64,000 nucleotides of DNA from positions 31,930,001 to 31,994,000 of the forward strand of contig NC_135825.1 in assembly GCF_964213995.1 (NCBI RefSeq), given 5' to 3'. Below the pieces are notes generated by a model, which did not search any database, had not been told where the DNA came from, and worked only from the letters and a program-made list of their open reading frames with translations. The translations under genes and the position numbers were made by a program. This stretch comes from Mustelus asterias (taxonomy: Eukaryota). Every line of letters begins with the position of its first letter. Position 1 is the stretch's first letter. Of the stretch, positions 23,118 through 34,984 are shown piece by piece.

Positions 23118-23984
23118 TTTTCTTTAAGTAGAAGCCAAATTATATTAAATTCATAGATGTAATGGCTGCCTCTTGTAGTAACAGTAAAGTATTTTTACAT
23201 TTTGAGTTAAATGTATGGCACATTACTTCAGTGAATTTGTTGCACTGGCAATCACTTTTAAGCTACAGTAAGTCTTTGGTATACATTTCTCATATTTACA
23301 ATGACACTGTGAGGCCCACTAATAGTTTCATAAAATCAAGTTTGTTGTCTATGATTGAAATAAAAGCAAGAAGTGTGAGAAATAAAGAATAGATGTGTAG
23401 AGACAAATTAAGCTATAGAGCTACAAGAAATAATCTTATCCTCTCTCTTGTTTAGAACTGCCAGCATTTAAAAAAAATGCCCAAGTGTAATTCCTTGGTG
23501 ATTATTCAATATATTTATTTTGCCTTGTGCCAAAGACATGTTAAATCTTTAAAGTTACTTTGGCTAGCAAACTTTGTCAGACTTTTAAACAAAATGATCC
23601 AATGCTAGGTTCATGCACTTTTTACAGGATGTCGGACCATTGCTGATAGCTGGATACAAAATGTACAAAGCTCTCACAAAAAGTTAAATGCCGGAACAGA
23701 ACTTCTTTTGGAACAAGTGGGGAAAATGCCTGCAGATTGCCTTACATAATTTTCAGACAAGTCCCTCAAAACCTTTTATATTTTTAGGGGTATCTCCGGT
23801 GACGTTACTTATTGTATGTTGACCAGAAGGCCTATTTGGGGAAGAGGTGGAAGATGGGCCTGGATAATGTTAGGAAGGAGGGATGGAGTAGGCAAGCTGA
23901 GACAGTCCGGTCGAGCTCAAAGGGAAGGTTGAGATCTGAACACTGAGTACTCAAGCTGAAGCAGAGTGACATGGGTCAAAGTGG

Positions 23985-24292
23985 TTGGAGTACATGTGGC
24001 ACAGTGGTTAGCACTGCCACCTCACAACACCAGGGACCCAGGTCTGATTCCTGGCTTGGGTCACTGTCTGTGCAGAGTTTGCATGTTCTCCCTCTGTCTA
24101 TGTGAGTTTCCTCCAGGTTCTTCGATTTCCCCCCACAGTCTGAAGGACATGCTGGTTACGTGCATTAGCCATGCTAAATTCTCCCTCAGTGTAACCGAAC
24201 AGGTGCTGGAGTGAGGGGATTTTCACAGTAACTTCATTGCAGTGTTAATGTAAGCCTACTTGTGACACTGATAAATAAACTTTAACTTTAAA
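23985..24292 (+). mobile_element. V-SINE with alternative (Rex1-like) tail
   Basis: Head, V-domain and gtaagcctacttgtgacactgataaataaacttt tail. Confidence 0.85.
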
Positions 24293-24560
24293 AAAACTTT
24301 AAATTTTACTAGAAACACATGGAACTGGACTGAGCTAAGCAGAAAAGCACTCAGGACTAGTAAAGGGCATGCTTAGAAAAATATACATGCTAGGTAAGCC
24401 TACGTTGATGACATTGGGAGCCAAGGTTGCAAATGAATGAGACCTAGTAGAAGAATGTGTAAGCAAAAATTAAACCCTTGGTTCCTGAGTTTTCCCAAGA
24501 AAAATGTATGGAAGAATTTCAGCCAGGAGTTAGATAAACTTTGAGATAAGTTTAAAGATT

Positions 24561-24736
24561 TGGGTGGCACGGTGATTAACACTACTGCCTCACATCGTGC
24601 GTAAATCCCAGCTCAATTCCAGCCTCGAGTGACTGTGTGGAGTCTGCACGTTCTCCCAGTGTCTGTGTGGGTTTCCTTCGGGTGCTCTGGTTTCCTTCCA
24701 CAGTCCAAAGATGTGCGGGTTAAGTGGATTGGCCAT
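24561..24736 (+). mobile_element. 3'-truncated V-SINE
   Basis: Head and V-domain only. Confidence 0.8.
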
Positions 24737-24949
24737 CTATTTTGGGGGGGTTGTTCAAGTTGTTAAGTATGTATTGGGGTAACTGTGTCGGCATGCAAAT
24801 AATTTTCTTTTCGAACGATTTTTATGGGTGTCTCTGACATTCACCAGTTCCTTATTGACAATCTCGGTGCACAGATCTGATTGCTGGGTTTCCTGTGGAT
24901 TCCTGGTTGGTTCTTCATAAAGTGTTTCTTATCCCTCTGTTGGTTAATG

Positions 24950-25671
24950 ATTGGTAGCGTAGGGGGGCCAACATTTTCAGGTGGGCGGTTACTTTCGCTA
25001 TTTCCAGGTCTGCCTCATTTATCGCCACAATGAAGTGAAGGTTCATGGTTGGATGCAGAAGTAGAAAACCACACGAAAGTTTCGTTCAGCTCGCCCTTCT
25101 GAACGTTTTTATAGCACCCAGAATCACCCAACATCACGTCTGCCTCGAAACCGGAATGAGGACGATAACCTTTTAGCGTTAAATGTTGCTTTTTATCCAG
25201 AAGGTCACCGGTTCTGCCTGTTTTATTGCGACCAATGTTTGTACATGAAAGCGTCTGGCATTTCTTCACTTCCAGTGATCTCTGACCAGAGTCACAAGCA
25301 GGATTTAATTCTGTTTTGGGTTACAAAGGGGCGTTACTACTTGGTGATAAGAAGTTTACATCAGATACTGTAAAACTTCCTGTATTATTTTCTCTCCTTT
25401 GCTATTGGATGCAGGTGGCCACATAGCCGGAGGAGCGCTCATGCAAATATTTGCAGCTCCAGTACTGATCTCTCGTCTTTTCACAGTGTGTTGACAGTGC
25501 GGGGTGGAGAGGCAACGAAGGAGGCGACAACTGATTTCTTCCTGCTTTTCTGCGAAACTTTTTAAAAAACTTGTTCTGGTCTGTAGCAACTACATGAAGT
25601 CGCCCTGCGTGGGCTGATGTGAACCTTCCAACTCAAGAAGCAAGCGCGTCTGCTCCAGAGAGGCCAGAGCA
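24950..25671 (+). promoter_or_regulatory. Putative ITPR3 promoter/5' leader (CpG-enriched, repeat-free)
   Basis: CpGs are visibly more frequent than in the flanks. Reverse CCAAT (ATTGG 25404-25408), E-box CAGGTG 25412-25417, octamer palindrome 25441-25456. The TSS cannot be determined from sequence. Confidence 0.55.
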
Positions 25672-25760
25672 ATGTCTGAAATGTCAAGTTTTCTGCATGT
25701 TGGGGACATTGTCTCTCTGTACGCGGAAGGCACGGTGAATGGCTTCATTAGTACCTTAGG
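25672..25760 (+). CDS. ITPR3: Inositol 1,4,5-trisphosphate receptor type 3, first coding exon (suppressor domain N-terminus)
   Basis: ATG at 25672 translates [30 protein letters not shown] (89 nt, ends in phase 2), followed by a GTAAGA donor at 25761. The MSEMSSFLH start matches ITPR3 rather than ITPR1 (MSDKMSS, DICSLY) or ITPR2 (MTEKMSSFLY). Confidence 0.96.
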
Positions 25761-27021
25761 GTAAGAGCTCATCGACTCACATCTTTTGCACCCAGCTTTA
25801 CTCCGGGAAACTTTCCAAATCTCCAGGCAAACTTTGGCGATCTAGTGTTAATTACATGTGTGCAACTAAGTTCAACAGATAATGGTTAAAAAAAACCCTT
25901 CAGCTTAGTGACTCTACTAGGTCCTAAGTTCCGTCAGGTTCCCCCATGAAAGTCAGTGCCAATTGTGAATTGAAAGTTAGTGATGATGACAGGTTGCTGT
26001 GGGGCGATTGTTTCGAGATTTACAAATAGTATTACTTTCAGTGCTGTGCACTTAAGGCCTAGGGTGTCACATTCCTGGACCTGATTTTCAGATTCGCTTT
26101 GAAACAGTGCAATCAAAAGTGTTTCTCTTGTGGTTGCTTGTTTTATTACTGCCTCGTGTAACTTTCTGAAGGTTCCTGTCTTCTTGTATAGCACTCTGGG
26201 TGTCCGAAGACACAGGAAGGCACAGTTTGAATTCCTGTTCTTTTATATCTGTTCTGTCCTGCTTACTTTCTTGAGTTTTACATAGTTTGTTCACCTGAGC
26301 TATGCATTGCTCCTCCCACGAAATACATGGCACCTTTTGAATCGTGATGATTTGTAGAGGGTGTACAGTAAACAAGTCCCAGCCTTTAGAATAATAAAAA
26401 AGTAAAAGTTTATTTATTTGTCAGAAGTAGGCTTACATTAACACTGCAATGAAGTTACTGTGGAAAGCCCTGAGTCGCCACACCGGTGGACTGTGGGAGG
26501 AAACTGAAGCACTCGGATTTAAAGGAGCACTTGCTGTCTCCAAGGAAATGATTTTTTGTTGGTTTCTGGTGGGCAAGTGTCACATGTTCATTTCACCACA
26601 ATGACTCCCCATGCAAGAGGTTCGACATGATTCATGTTGTTAGTGGTTTGCAAATTTAAACGCTGCTCCTTCAGATGCCATTTTCGCAACATTGGTGATC
26701 GTGTCTCTCCAGCTTTCACAGTCTTTGGTGTGGGCCGACATTTAAGTGTTCTCATATCATTTGCCTGTTCTGCTTCTTCAGCTGCCGGTGTATTTCCTCC
26801 ATTGTCTCCCTTTTGCTGTGCTACTTTCAATTTTGCCAGCCACTACCAGGGGTTCTGGTTTCACCCTCCTAAGTACGAACGGAAAGTTGTGTCTTTAGTT
26901 GTGTTCATAGATAAAAGTGCTTGTCTATCCTCCTCCACATGTCCTCATTAGTTGTGTGTGTACTTTTTTATCAGCTTTATTAAAAAAAAATCTTTCATCT
27001 GAAACCTATCTGACCTGCATT

Positions 27022-27288
27022 AAAATTTATTTATTAGTCACCGGTAAGGCTTACATTAACACTGCAATGAAGTTACTGTGAAATTCCCCCAGTCGCCACA
27101 GTCTGGCGCCTGTTTGGGTCAGTGCACCTAACCAGCACGTCTTTCAGACTGTGGGAGGAAACCGGAGCACCCGGAGGAAACCCACACAGACACGAGGAGA
27201 ATGTGCAAACTCCACACAGACAGTGGCCCAAGCTGGGAATACGAACCTGGGTCCCTGGGGCTGAGAAGTAGCAGTGCTAACCACTGCC
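27022..27288 (-). mobile_element. V-SINE with alternative tail (another fragment at ~26400-26515)
   Basis: Reverse-complement V-domain and tail. Confidence 0.85.
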
Positions 27289-27613
27289 CTCCCCCCCCTC
27301 CCCCCTGCCCCCCTGCATTAGGTGCAGTGACAAGTCCAAGGAGCTTTTTACACAAAATGGTGGAAATTATAAGAAATTTGATCTACTATAATTCAAATAT
27401 TAAGAGAGATTGGGGATGTCCAGTTGTTATAATTTTCTATTTATAGCTAAGCAATGGATAGTGGAGGGTTGCATGGTAATTTGCTTGTCGCAATGCACAA
27501 AGGTTTTGATAGATATCAGGACTCTTTTAAAATAAATAAAGTCTTGCATGGATGTACTGCCCAAGGATGTCCCACAGTACTCTCAAAGTGTCTTCACTGA
27601 AGTAGGAATTACT

Positions 27614-27976
27614 CATAGAAATCATAGAAACCCTACAGTGCAGAAGGAGGCCATTCGGCCCATCGAGTCTGCACCGACCACAATCCCACCCAGGCCCTAC
27701 CTCCACATATTTACCCGCTAATCCCTCTAACCTACGCATCTTAGGATTCTAAGGGGCAATTTTTAACCTGGCCAATCAACCTAACCCACACAGGGCCTGG
27801 GTGGGATTGTGGTCGGTGCAGACTCGATGGGCCGAATGGCCTCCTTCTGCACTGTAGGGTTTCTATGATTTCTATGATTTCACACATCTTTGGACTGTGG
27901 GAGGAAACTGGAGCACCCGGAGGAAACCCACGCAGACACGAGGAGAATGTGCAAACTCCACACAGACAGTGACCCC
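27614..27976 (-). mobile_element. HE1-type V-SINE carrying a nested opposite-strand 5'-truncated copy (27792-27880)
   Basis: The nested copy is flanked by cacac direct repeats (27787-27791/27881-27885). Confidence 0.88.
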
Positions 27977-28327
27977 ATTTGTGTACAGCAAGGTCCCATG
28001 AAGTACACCGTGCTAATGACCAGATAATCCCTTTTCATATTTTAACAAGGTGTTTTAGTTTGAAATACAAGAATGACTACATATAAACTATATGATGTGA
28101 GGCCTGGTCAAAAGAAACATGAATCATATGACTCCACACAAGAGGTAATTAGCAAAAATGAGTGCACACTGAATTAGAGGAAGCCTTTTGGGTTGGAAAT
28201 TGGTTAGAAGGTAGGAGACTGAGAGTGAAGTTAAATGTGCACACTCTGATTGTCAGCATGTGACAAGTGTTTCCCGCAGGGATATGTTTTGACACCTTAA
28301 CTTTTCACCATATTTATCAATGACAAT

Positions 28328-28660
28328 GGGCGGCACGGTAGCACAGTGGTTAGCACTGCTGCTTCACAGCTCCAGGGTCCAGGGTTCGATTCCCAGCTCG
28401 GGTCACTGTCTGTGTGGAGTTTGCACATTCTCCTCGTGTCTGCGTGGGTTTCCTCCAGGTGCTCCGGTTTCCTCCCACAGTCCAAAGATGTGCGGGTTAG
28501 GTTGATTGGCCAGGTTAAAAATTGCCCCTTAGAGTTCTGAGATGCGTGGATTAGTGGGTAAATATGTGGGGGGAGGGCCTGGGTGGGATTGTGGTCGGTG
28601 CAGACTCGATGGGCCGAATGGCCTCCTTCTGCACTGTAGGGTTTCTATGATTTCTATGAC
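28328..28660 (+). mobile_element. Full-length HE1-type V-SINE
   Basis: A box, B box ggttcgattccc, V-domain, tail of ttctatga repeats. Confidence 0.92.
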
Positions 28661-30016
28661 TTGGATAAAGAAACAGAGATTTGTCTATCCAGGTTTGGAG
28701 AGTATACTGAGTAAGGAGCATATATATGCCCTTTATTATATTTGCTAGCTGATCTCCTGGGTTATTGCAAGCTAGAACGCGAGATGTTGCCTGACCCACT
28801 GAGTATGGTTAACATTTTCTGTTTATTTTTCTGATTTCCAGCATATGCAGTATTTGTGTTTGAGGTAGTCTAGAGCATGGTTGATGCATTAAGGCTAAGT
28901 TGTGTTCGACATGACCTGAATTTTGTAAAGCTGCAGGAGCCTCATGATGAAATTATCTCAATCAACACATCCTGATGACCTTTAGGAGTATGTGCAGAAG
29001 CAAGTAGCTGTAGCTTGGCTGTCTGTCAACCCTGAACTCTACTCTTGAGGAGAGGCTGGGTACCTGAGATTAGAAAATTAGCAGAAAATGACTGTCAGCT
29101 TAGTGAGTCATTGAAATATGGCATCTGACCAGCTACATTTAAAACAATAAATGTACCAGGAGTGCCTGTTGCTAAACAGGGTGAACCAATGATTATTCTA
29201 CAGTCTGTTGATTTGGTTGTTAGCTTGATCTAAGTGAACACGCAGCTGGAAGTTTCAAACCAATAAATCATGTGAATTTTAGCTGGTTATCTCTATAACG
29301 ACTCTGAGACTTTTGAGTCTTGACTCTTGCAACCAAACCAGCCAGCATCCAAATTTTCTGGCCTTATATGAATGGTATCTTTGTGAGAATATAATGTGCA
29401 TTTCATACCAGGCAAACAAAAACCATCTTCCATGAGTTACTGTGCCTGACAGTATAAGGGAGGAATTAATCATAGTTAATATTGCAATTGGCCTTGAGTA
29501 CCCTCTGTTCATTGATGTTAATTCAGCTTCCTGAACGTATAGAACCTTGGGCCAATTTGAATCTGTGCTTTTCAGAAAAGAGAAAAAAACACAGTTAAAA
29601 GGGAAATGAAAGCCCCACAATGTGGAATTAATGTTTTAATTGTCTACACTGGCACACTCCATTTGTGTCATCATGTACCAAAAATGATCTGAGTCATTGG
29701 ACATGAATGCAGGGTTCATTGAATTAGTTATAATTAGGTTCCAATCAAAAACAGAAGCACATAAAGCATTTGTTGTAGAAAGTAAAAAAATGACATGTAA
29801 AGCTGCCTCATATGTACATTTAAACAATTTTGAAGCAAAGGCAATTAAAGGAGCTTGATTTTCTGATGCAGTTTTTTTTGGAATTATACTTGTATTTTTT
29901 AGTATGAAGTATTTCTAAGGCAGGTTCATCAGAATTATCTCTACTCATAAAATCTGTAATCCATCACTGTCAAATTCACTGATCTAGAATTAGACAAATC
30001 AATAGATGCATTATTT

Positions 30017-30368
30017 TCCTGCTGCCTCAGAAAAGCAGCCAGCATAGTCAGGGACCCCACACACCCTGGACATACTCTCTTCCACCTTGTTCCGCCGGGA
30101 AAAAGATGTGAAAGTCTGAGCTCATGTGCCAACCGACTCAAGAATAGCTCTTCCCTACTGCCATCAGACTTTTGAATGGACCTACCTTATATTAAGTTGA
30201 TCTTTCTCTACACCTGAGCTATGACTGTAACATTGCATTACATTCTGTATCCTCTCCTTTCCTTCTCCTCTATGTACTCTATGAACGGTAGGCTTTGTCT
30301 GTGTAGCATGCAAGAAACAATACTTTTCATTGTATACCAATACATGTGACAATAATAAATCAAATCAA
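30017..30368 (+). mobile_element. Rex1/Babar LINE 3' end
   Basis: KAASIVRDPTHPGH...FHLVPPG...NRLKNSSFP motif and (aaatc)n tail. Confidence 0.82.
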
Positions 30369-30499
30369 AATTAAAAGTTCCAATTTTTTACCAGTTTAGC
30401 AAGTTGCAGGATGTGTAAGGTAGTCGGCAATTCTGGGCAATATTGAATTACAAGTGTATATTAAGGATTTGAATAAAATATCTCTCCATTTACAAATGT

Positions 30500-31150
30500 T
30501 ATAGAACAAAGAACAAAGAAAATTACAGCACAGGAACAGGCCCTTCGGCCCTCCAAGCCTGCACCGAACATGCTGCCTGACTTAACTAAAACCCCCTACG
30601 CTTCCGGGGACGATATCACTCTATTCCCATCTCATTCATGTACTTGTCAAGACGCCCCTTAAAAGTCCCTACCGTATCCGCTTCCACTATCTCCCCCGGC
30701 AGCCAGTCCCAGGCACCCACCACTCTCTGTGTAAAAAATCTGCATCTCTTTTAAAACTTGTCCCTCGCACCTTAAACCTATGCCCCCTAGTAATTGACTC
30801 TTGCACCCTGGGAAAAAGCTTCTGACTATCCACTCTGTCCATGCCTCTCATAACCTTGTAGATGTTTATCAGGTCTCCCCGCAACCTCCGTCGCTCCAGT
30901 GAGAACAAACCAAGTTTCTCCAATCTCTCCTCCTAGCGAATGCCCTCCATACCAGGCAACATCCTGGTAAATCTTTTCTGTACCCTCTCCAAAGCCTCCA
31001 CATCCTTCTGGTAGTTTGGCGACCAGAATTGAACACTATGTTCCAAGTGCGGCCTAACTAAGGTTCTATAAAGCTGCAACATGACTTGCCAATTTTTAAA
31101 CTCAATACCCCTGCCGATGAAGGCAAGCATATCGTATGCCTTCTTGACCA
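30500..31150 (-). mobile_element. 5'-truncated CR1 LINE
   Basis: LYRTLVRPHLEHSVQFWSP and LGLFSLERRRLRGDL motifs. Confidence 0.93.
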
Positions 31151-31361
31151 CTGTAGGCGCTTTCAGTATTACATTGTTTCTATCAATGGCATAGCTGTTA
31201 AATTTATGATACTGAGCCATACACATTAGATGCGGCTCTCTTTCATCTCTGCTCGGCATTGGATTGGTTCGTATCTGCAAGAGCAGCAACATTACTATAA
31301 TCGCTATCAATGTCTTTGGACCAGGGAGCTAAGAGGCAAATGAATGGGAGGGCAGCAGAAC

Positions 31362-31507
31362 TGGGGAAGGGAGGCAAGGCAAGGGGGGGAGAGGGAGGGT
31401 GGGAGAGAGGAAGTAGGGAAGGAAAGAAGGGGAAGAAGAGAAAGGGTGGAGAAGAGAGAAAGAAGGGAGGGAGGAGAACGGAGTAGAGAGGGATGAAGGG
31501 AGGAAAA
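31362..31507 (+). repeat. Polypurine low-complexity tract
   Basis: About 145 nt of almost only A/G. Confidence 0.85.
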
Positions 31508-32620
31508 TCTCAGGGTTTTCGCTTTGAACAGTTTCTCATTGATTCAAGCTGGGAGGTACACATCTTGACATTGGGTAAGGACAAAATTGGACACATGAAG
31601 GGCTGAATTTTTTCAGCTAATTGGCAATGGGCTAGGAGGCGGGAGGGGTGGCAGGAAGGCAAGGGGTGGGCACATCAGGCAGGTGCCTGATTGAGCCACT
31701 TAAGTGGTCAATTAAAGGCCACTTCCGGCCTCTGGGGACATTTTACGTGCATCGGGAAGGTGCGGAGACAGCCAGCCAGGGCCAGTGCAAGGGCATTAGG
31801 TGCCCGAGGTGAACCTTAAACTTTGGAAAAGGAGAATATTACAATACTTATTGGACATTGTCATTGCTCTACACTTTTCACGGGATATGTACTGAAATAA
31901 ATGCACATTATAATGTGTACTATGGTTCACATGATGTAAATCTGTATGTGCCTGCAATAATTACTAAATAATTTTATGTATAATTTATACAATCAATAAT
32001 CATTATGAAAAAGTGAGCTGGATTAAATAATATTCTTTGATATTATTTACTGGTTCACAGTTTTAGGATAGTCACTTAGATGTACAAATTTGTAATGCTG
32101 CCACAAAAACATAGTGAGGAATACATTATGCAATTTTGGGAAAGACTACAATGTAAATACATGGGAATCTATCTGTATATCGGTATATGTGGATGTATAT
32201 CAGTCAAATCCAGACCTTTCATTCTCACTGCTAAAGCCTGTTTGTTTACTTGTGTGGTTTCATGAATAGTTCATTCAGTGTCTTGCCATTACCCCCAAAT
32301 TTTGCTGCTCTAGATGACCACCTAGTTTGCCCAGTGGTTGTACCAGCCTCACAGCCATCTAAACTTTGCTGGCTGCCGGTGTCATTTCAAGTTGCGGACT
32401 TAGCCATCGTTCACAAAATTTAGCGTAAGTAGTCTGCTGATGCTCAGTGTTTGTGTTCACACATGAGGGACTGTTCACTCTATGCCACGATGTGGAGTAG
32501 TCACTTAACACTATCTTCAAAATAATGAAAGCGATGGAAAACAAGGATTTAGAAAAAACATAAATATTTGAGTTTCAATTCCCTTGTTAATTGTATATAA
32601 ATTCTGATATAAACTATAAA

Positions 32621-32925
32621 CGGGCGGCACAGTGGCATAGTGCTTAGTGCTGCTGCCTCACAGTGCCAGGGACCCGGATTCAATTCCGGCCTTGGGTGAC
32701 TGTGTGGAGTTTGCATGTTCTTCTTGTGTCTGCGTGGGTTTCCTTCCACAGTCCAAAGATGTGCAGGTTAGGTTGATTGGCCATATACTGTCCCTTACTG
32801 TCATGGAGATTAGCAGGATAAATACGCGGGGTTAAGGGGCTAGGGCCTGGGTAGAACTGTTGTCAGTGTAAGCTTGATGGGCCGAATGGCCTCCTTCTGC
32901 ACTGTAGGAATTCTGTGATTCTAAA
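32621..32925 (+). mobile_element. HE1-type V-SINE
   Basis: Head, V-domain, CR1 tail. Confidence 0.88.
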
Positions 32926-32976
32926 TGCATTCCTTCTGTTGCTGAAGTATTTACATATGGGATGACAATAGTTGAT

Positions 32977-33084
32977 GGGCGGGATTTTCCGCCTGCGCTC
33001 GCCCCAAAACCGGAAAATCCCACCCGAGATCAACGGATCTTTACATGGTCCGCCCTCTGCCAACTACGATGCCTGTGGCCCCCC
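32977..33084. mobile_element. Short Harbinger-type MITE
   Basis: Same family as 480-605; 3-bp TSD GAT. Confidence 0.65.
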
Positions 33085-34134
33085 GATGACTTTGTGTAAT
33101 TTAGATGACAGCAGAATATGAGGTAAATTTAGGCAATAGATTTTGCAGCATTCTTTGTGTGTTTTTGGCATTGTTAACATTTTTTTAGCTGTTCCAAACT
33201 GTGCAAGTTTAAATTACCTGTGACATCACAAACTACCTTGACCATTAGAATTCCATTGCATCTGAAAGCTGTACTCTTCCAAGTGCAACCTTTGGTAAAG
33301 GAAAATGAATGAATGAGCGAATTAGAATTTAGGAGGAATAAAATGTAAAGCAAGAGGTCACTGGAACTTCTCGAAAGGGACATGAGTAAAATTTTAAAAA
33401 CATCTAAAATCCACAATTATTTCCCACCTACAATGTGAGATTTTTTGGTATCGTCTCACTTCATTCATTTTACCTGCATTCTAAAGTGCATAGAAATGTG
33501 GCCAATAGTTGTATTATTCATTTGCTATGTCAGACATATTTGTGGCTATCTAGAAAATGTTCATATTATAATTTGATTTTGATCCCTCTGGCATGTTTCC
33601 TTTGCTTTGATGTGCTTTTAAAGAATTGCTATAAAATCCTGTAAATTACATACCTTGAACTGAAATGACACAAGGTCCTTCACCACCTATATCCAGCATG
33701 GAGAGTTTGGAGATTAGCACGTGAAGCAACAATCATGACCAATTTTTCTTTTTTGATTTACTTTTAGCAGAGATTGGTGCTTAAAGCTTATTCATTAGTG
33801 TCACAAGTTGGCTTACATCAACACTGCAATGAAGTTACTGTGAACAGAGGGTGACAGTAACCAATCAAGTAACTCGGAATATAGAATATGTTTGCATGAA
33901 TATCAAAGAGCCAGTGTTGCCCTGGAAGCTGGAGCGCTTACTTTCTTAGAGACTGAGGAACAGAACATGAACATTCAGAGGAAGTAACGTTATTTTGGAC
34001 CATGAGCTCACAGCTAGAGGGACAGAAGCATAAAGTTAGCTTTGCCACAGGCAAGTCTTTTAGGAGGAGTAATTCTGGTCAACCAAATAATGGATAAATA
34101 TTATAGATACACAGCAAGGTTCAGTGAAACTTCA

Positions 34135-34465
34135 TTGAATCCCTACAGTGCAGAAGGAGGCCATTTGGCCCATCGAGTCTTCACTAACTCTCTGACAGAG
34201 CATCTCACCAAGGCACTAGCCTTGTAACCCCTGTATTTACCCCACTAATCCCTCTAGCCCATACATCTTGGGCAATTTAGCATGGCTAATCAACCTAACT
34301 CGTACATCTTTGGACTGTGGGAGGAAACTGGAGCACTTGGAGGGAACCCACGCAGACACGGGGAGAACGTGCAACCTCCACACAGACAGTCACCCGAGGC
34401 TGAAATTGAACCCGGGTCCCTGGCGCTGTGAGGCTGCAGCTAACCACTGTGCCACCGTGCTGCCC
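34135..34465 (-). mobile_element. HE1-type V-SINE
   Basis: Reverse-complement head, V-domain and tail. Confidence 0.88.
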
Positions 34466-34984
34466 ATAAACTAGTTAATGTTGTTTAAGAACAGGACCGA
34501 TAGATACAAAGAGAATTACAGAAAAAAACCTCCTGAGGTGCTGAGATAATTAACTTTCATTCCAGGGAAAGCAAAACTGAAACCAAAACAATTAATAACT
34601 CATGGGTAAAGCCTTTTTAACCAACTCAAGTTTGTCCTATTAATATTCTGGTTACCCCAGTAGAGACTTCCAATGGTGCCTTATGAAGTCTGCATGTTTT
34701 ATTTCTCTTGGCTGGTTACCTCAGAAATGTATTTCTTTTATTACCTGTTCTGAACTTAAATCTAAATAGGATGTAAGATTGGAGCCATTCTGGAGTTCTT
34801 ACTCAATTTATCTTTATGGGGGAAGGGGGACATGGGGCAACAGTTTGTGGGGATGGGGAGGAGGGAGTGGGAGGAACATGCTTTAAATAACTTAAATAAA
34901 GCGAATAACTTTTCCTCAGGAGCTACCTGTTGGACTTTTCTCATGTTTCATTTTCAGAAATGAAGACTAATGTGTGGAATTCAT

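Noticed and set aside
28328-28400. tRNA genes at SINE heads
   Set aside because: The A/B boxes run straight into the V-domain with no complete cloverleaf; these are SINEs.
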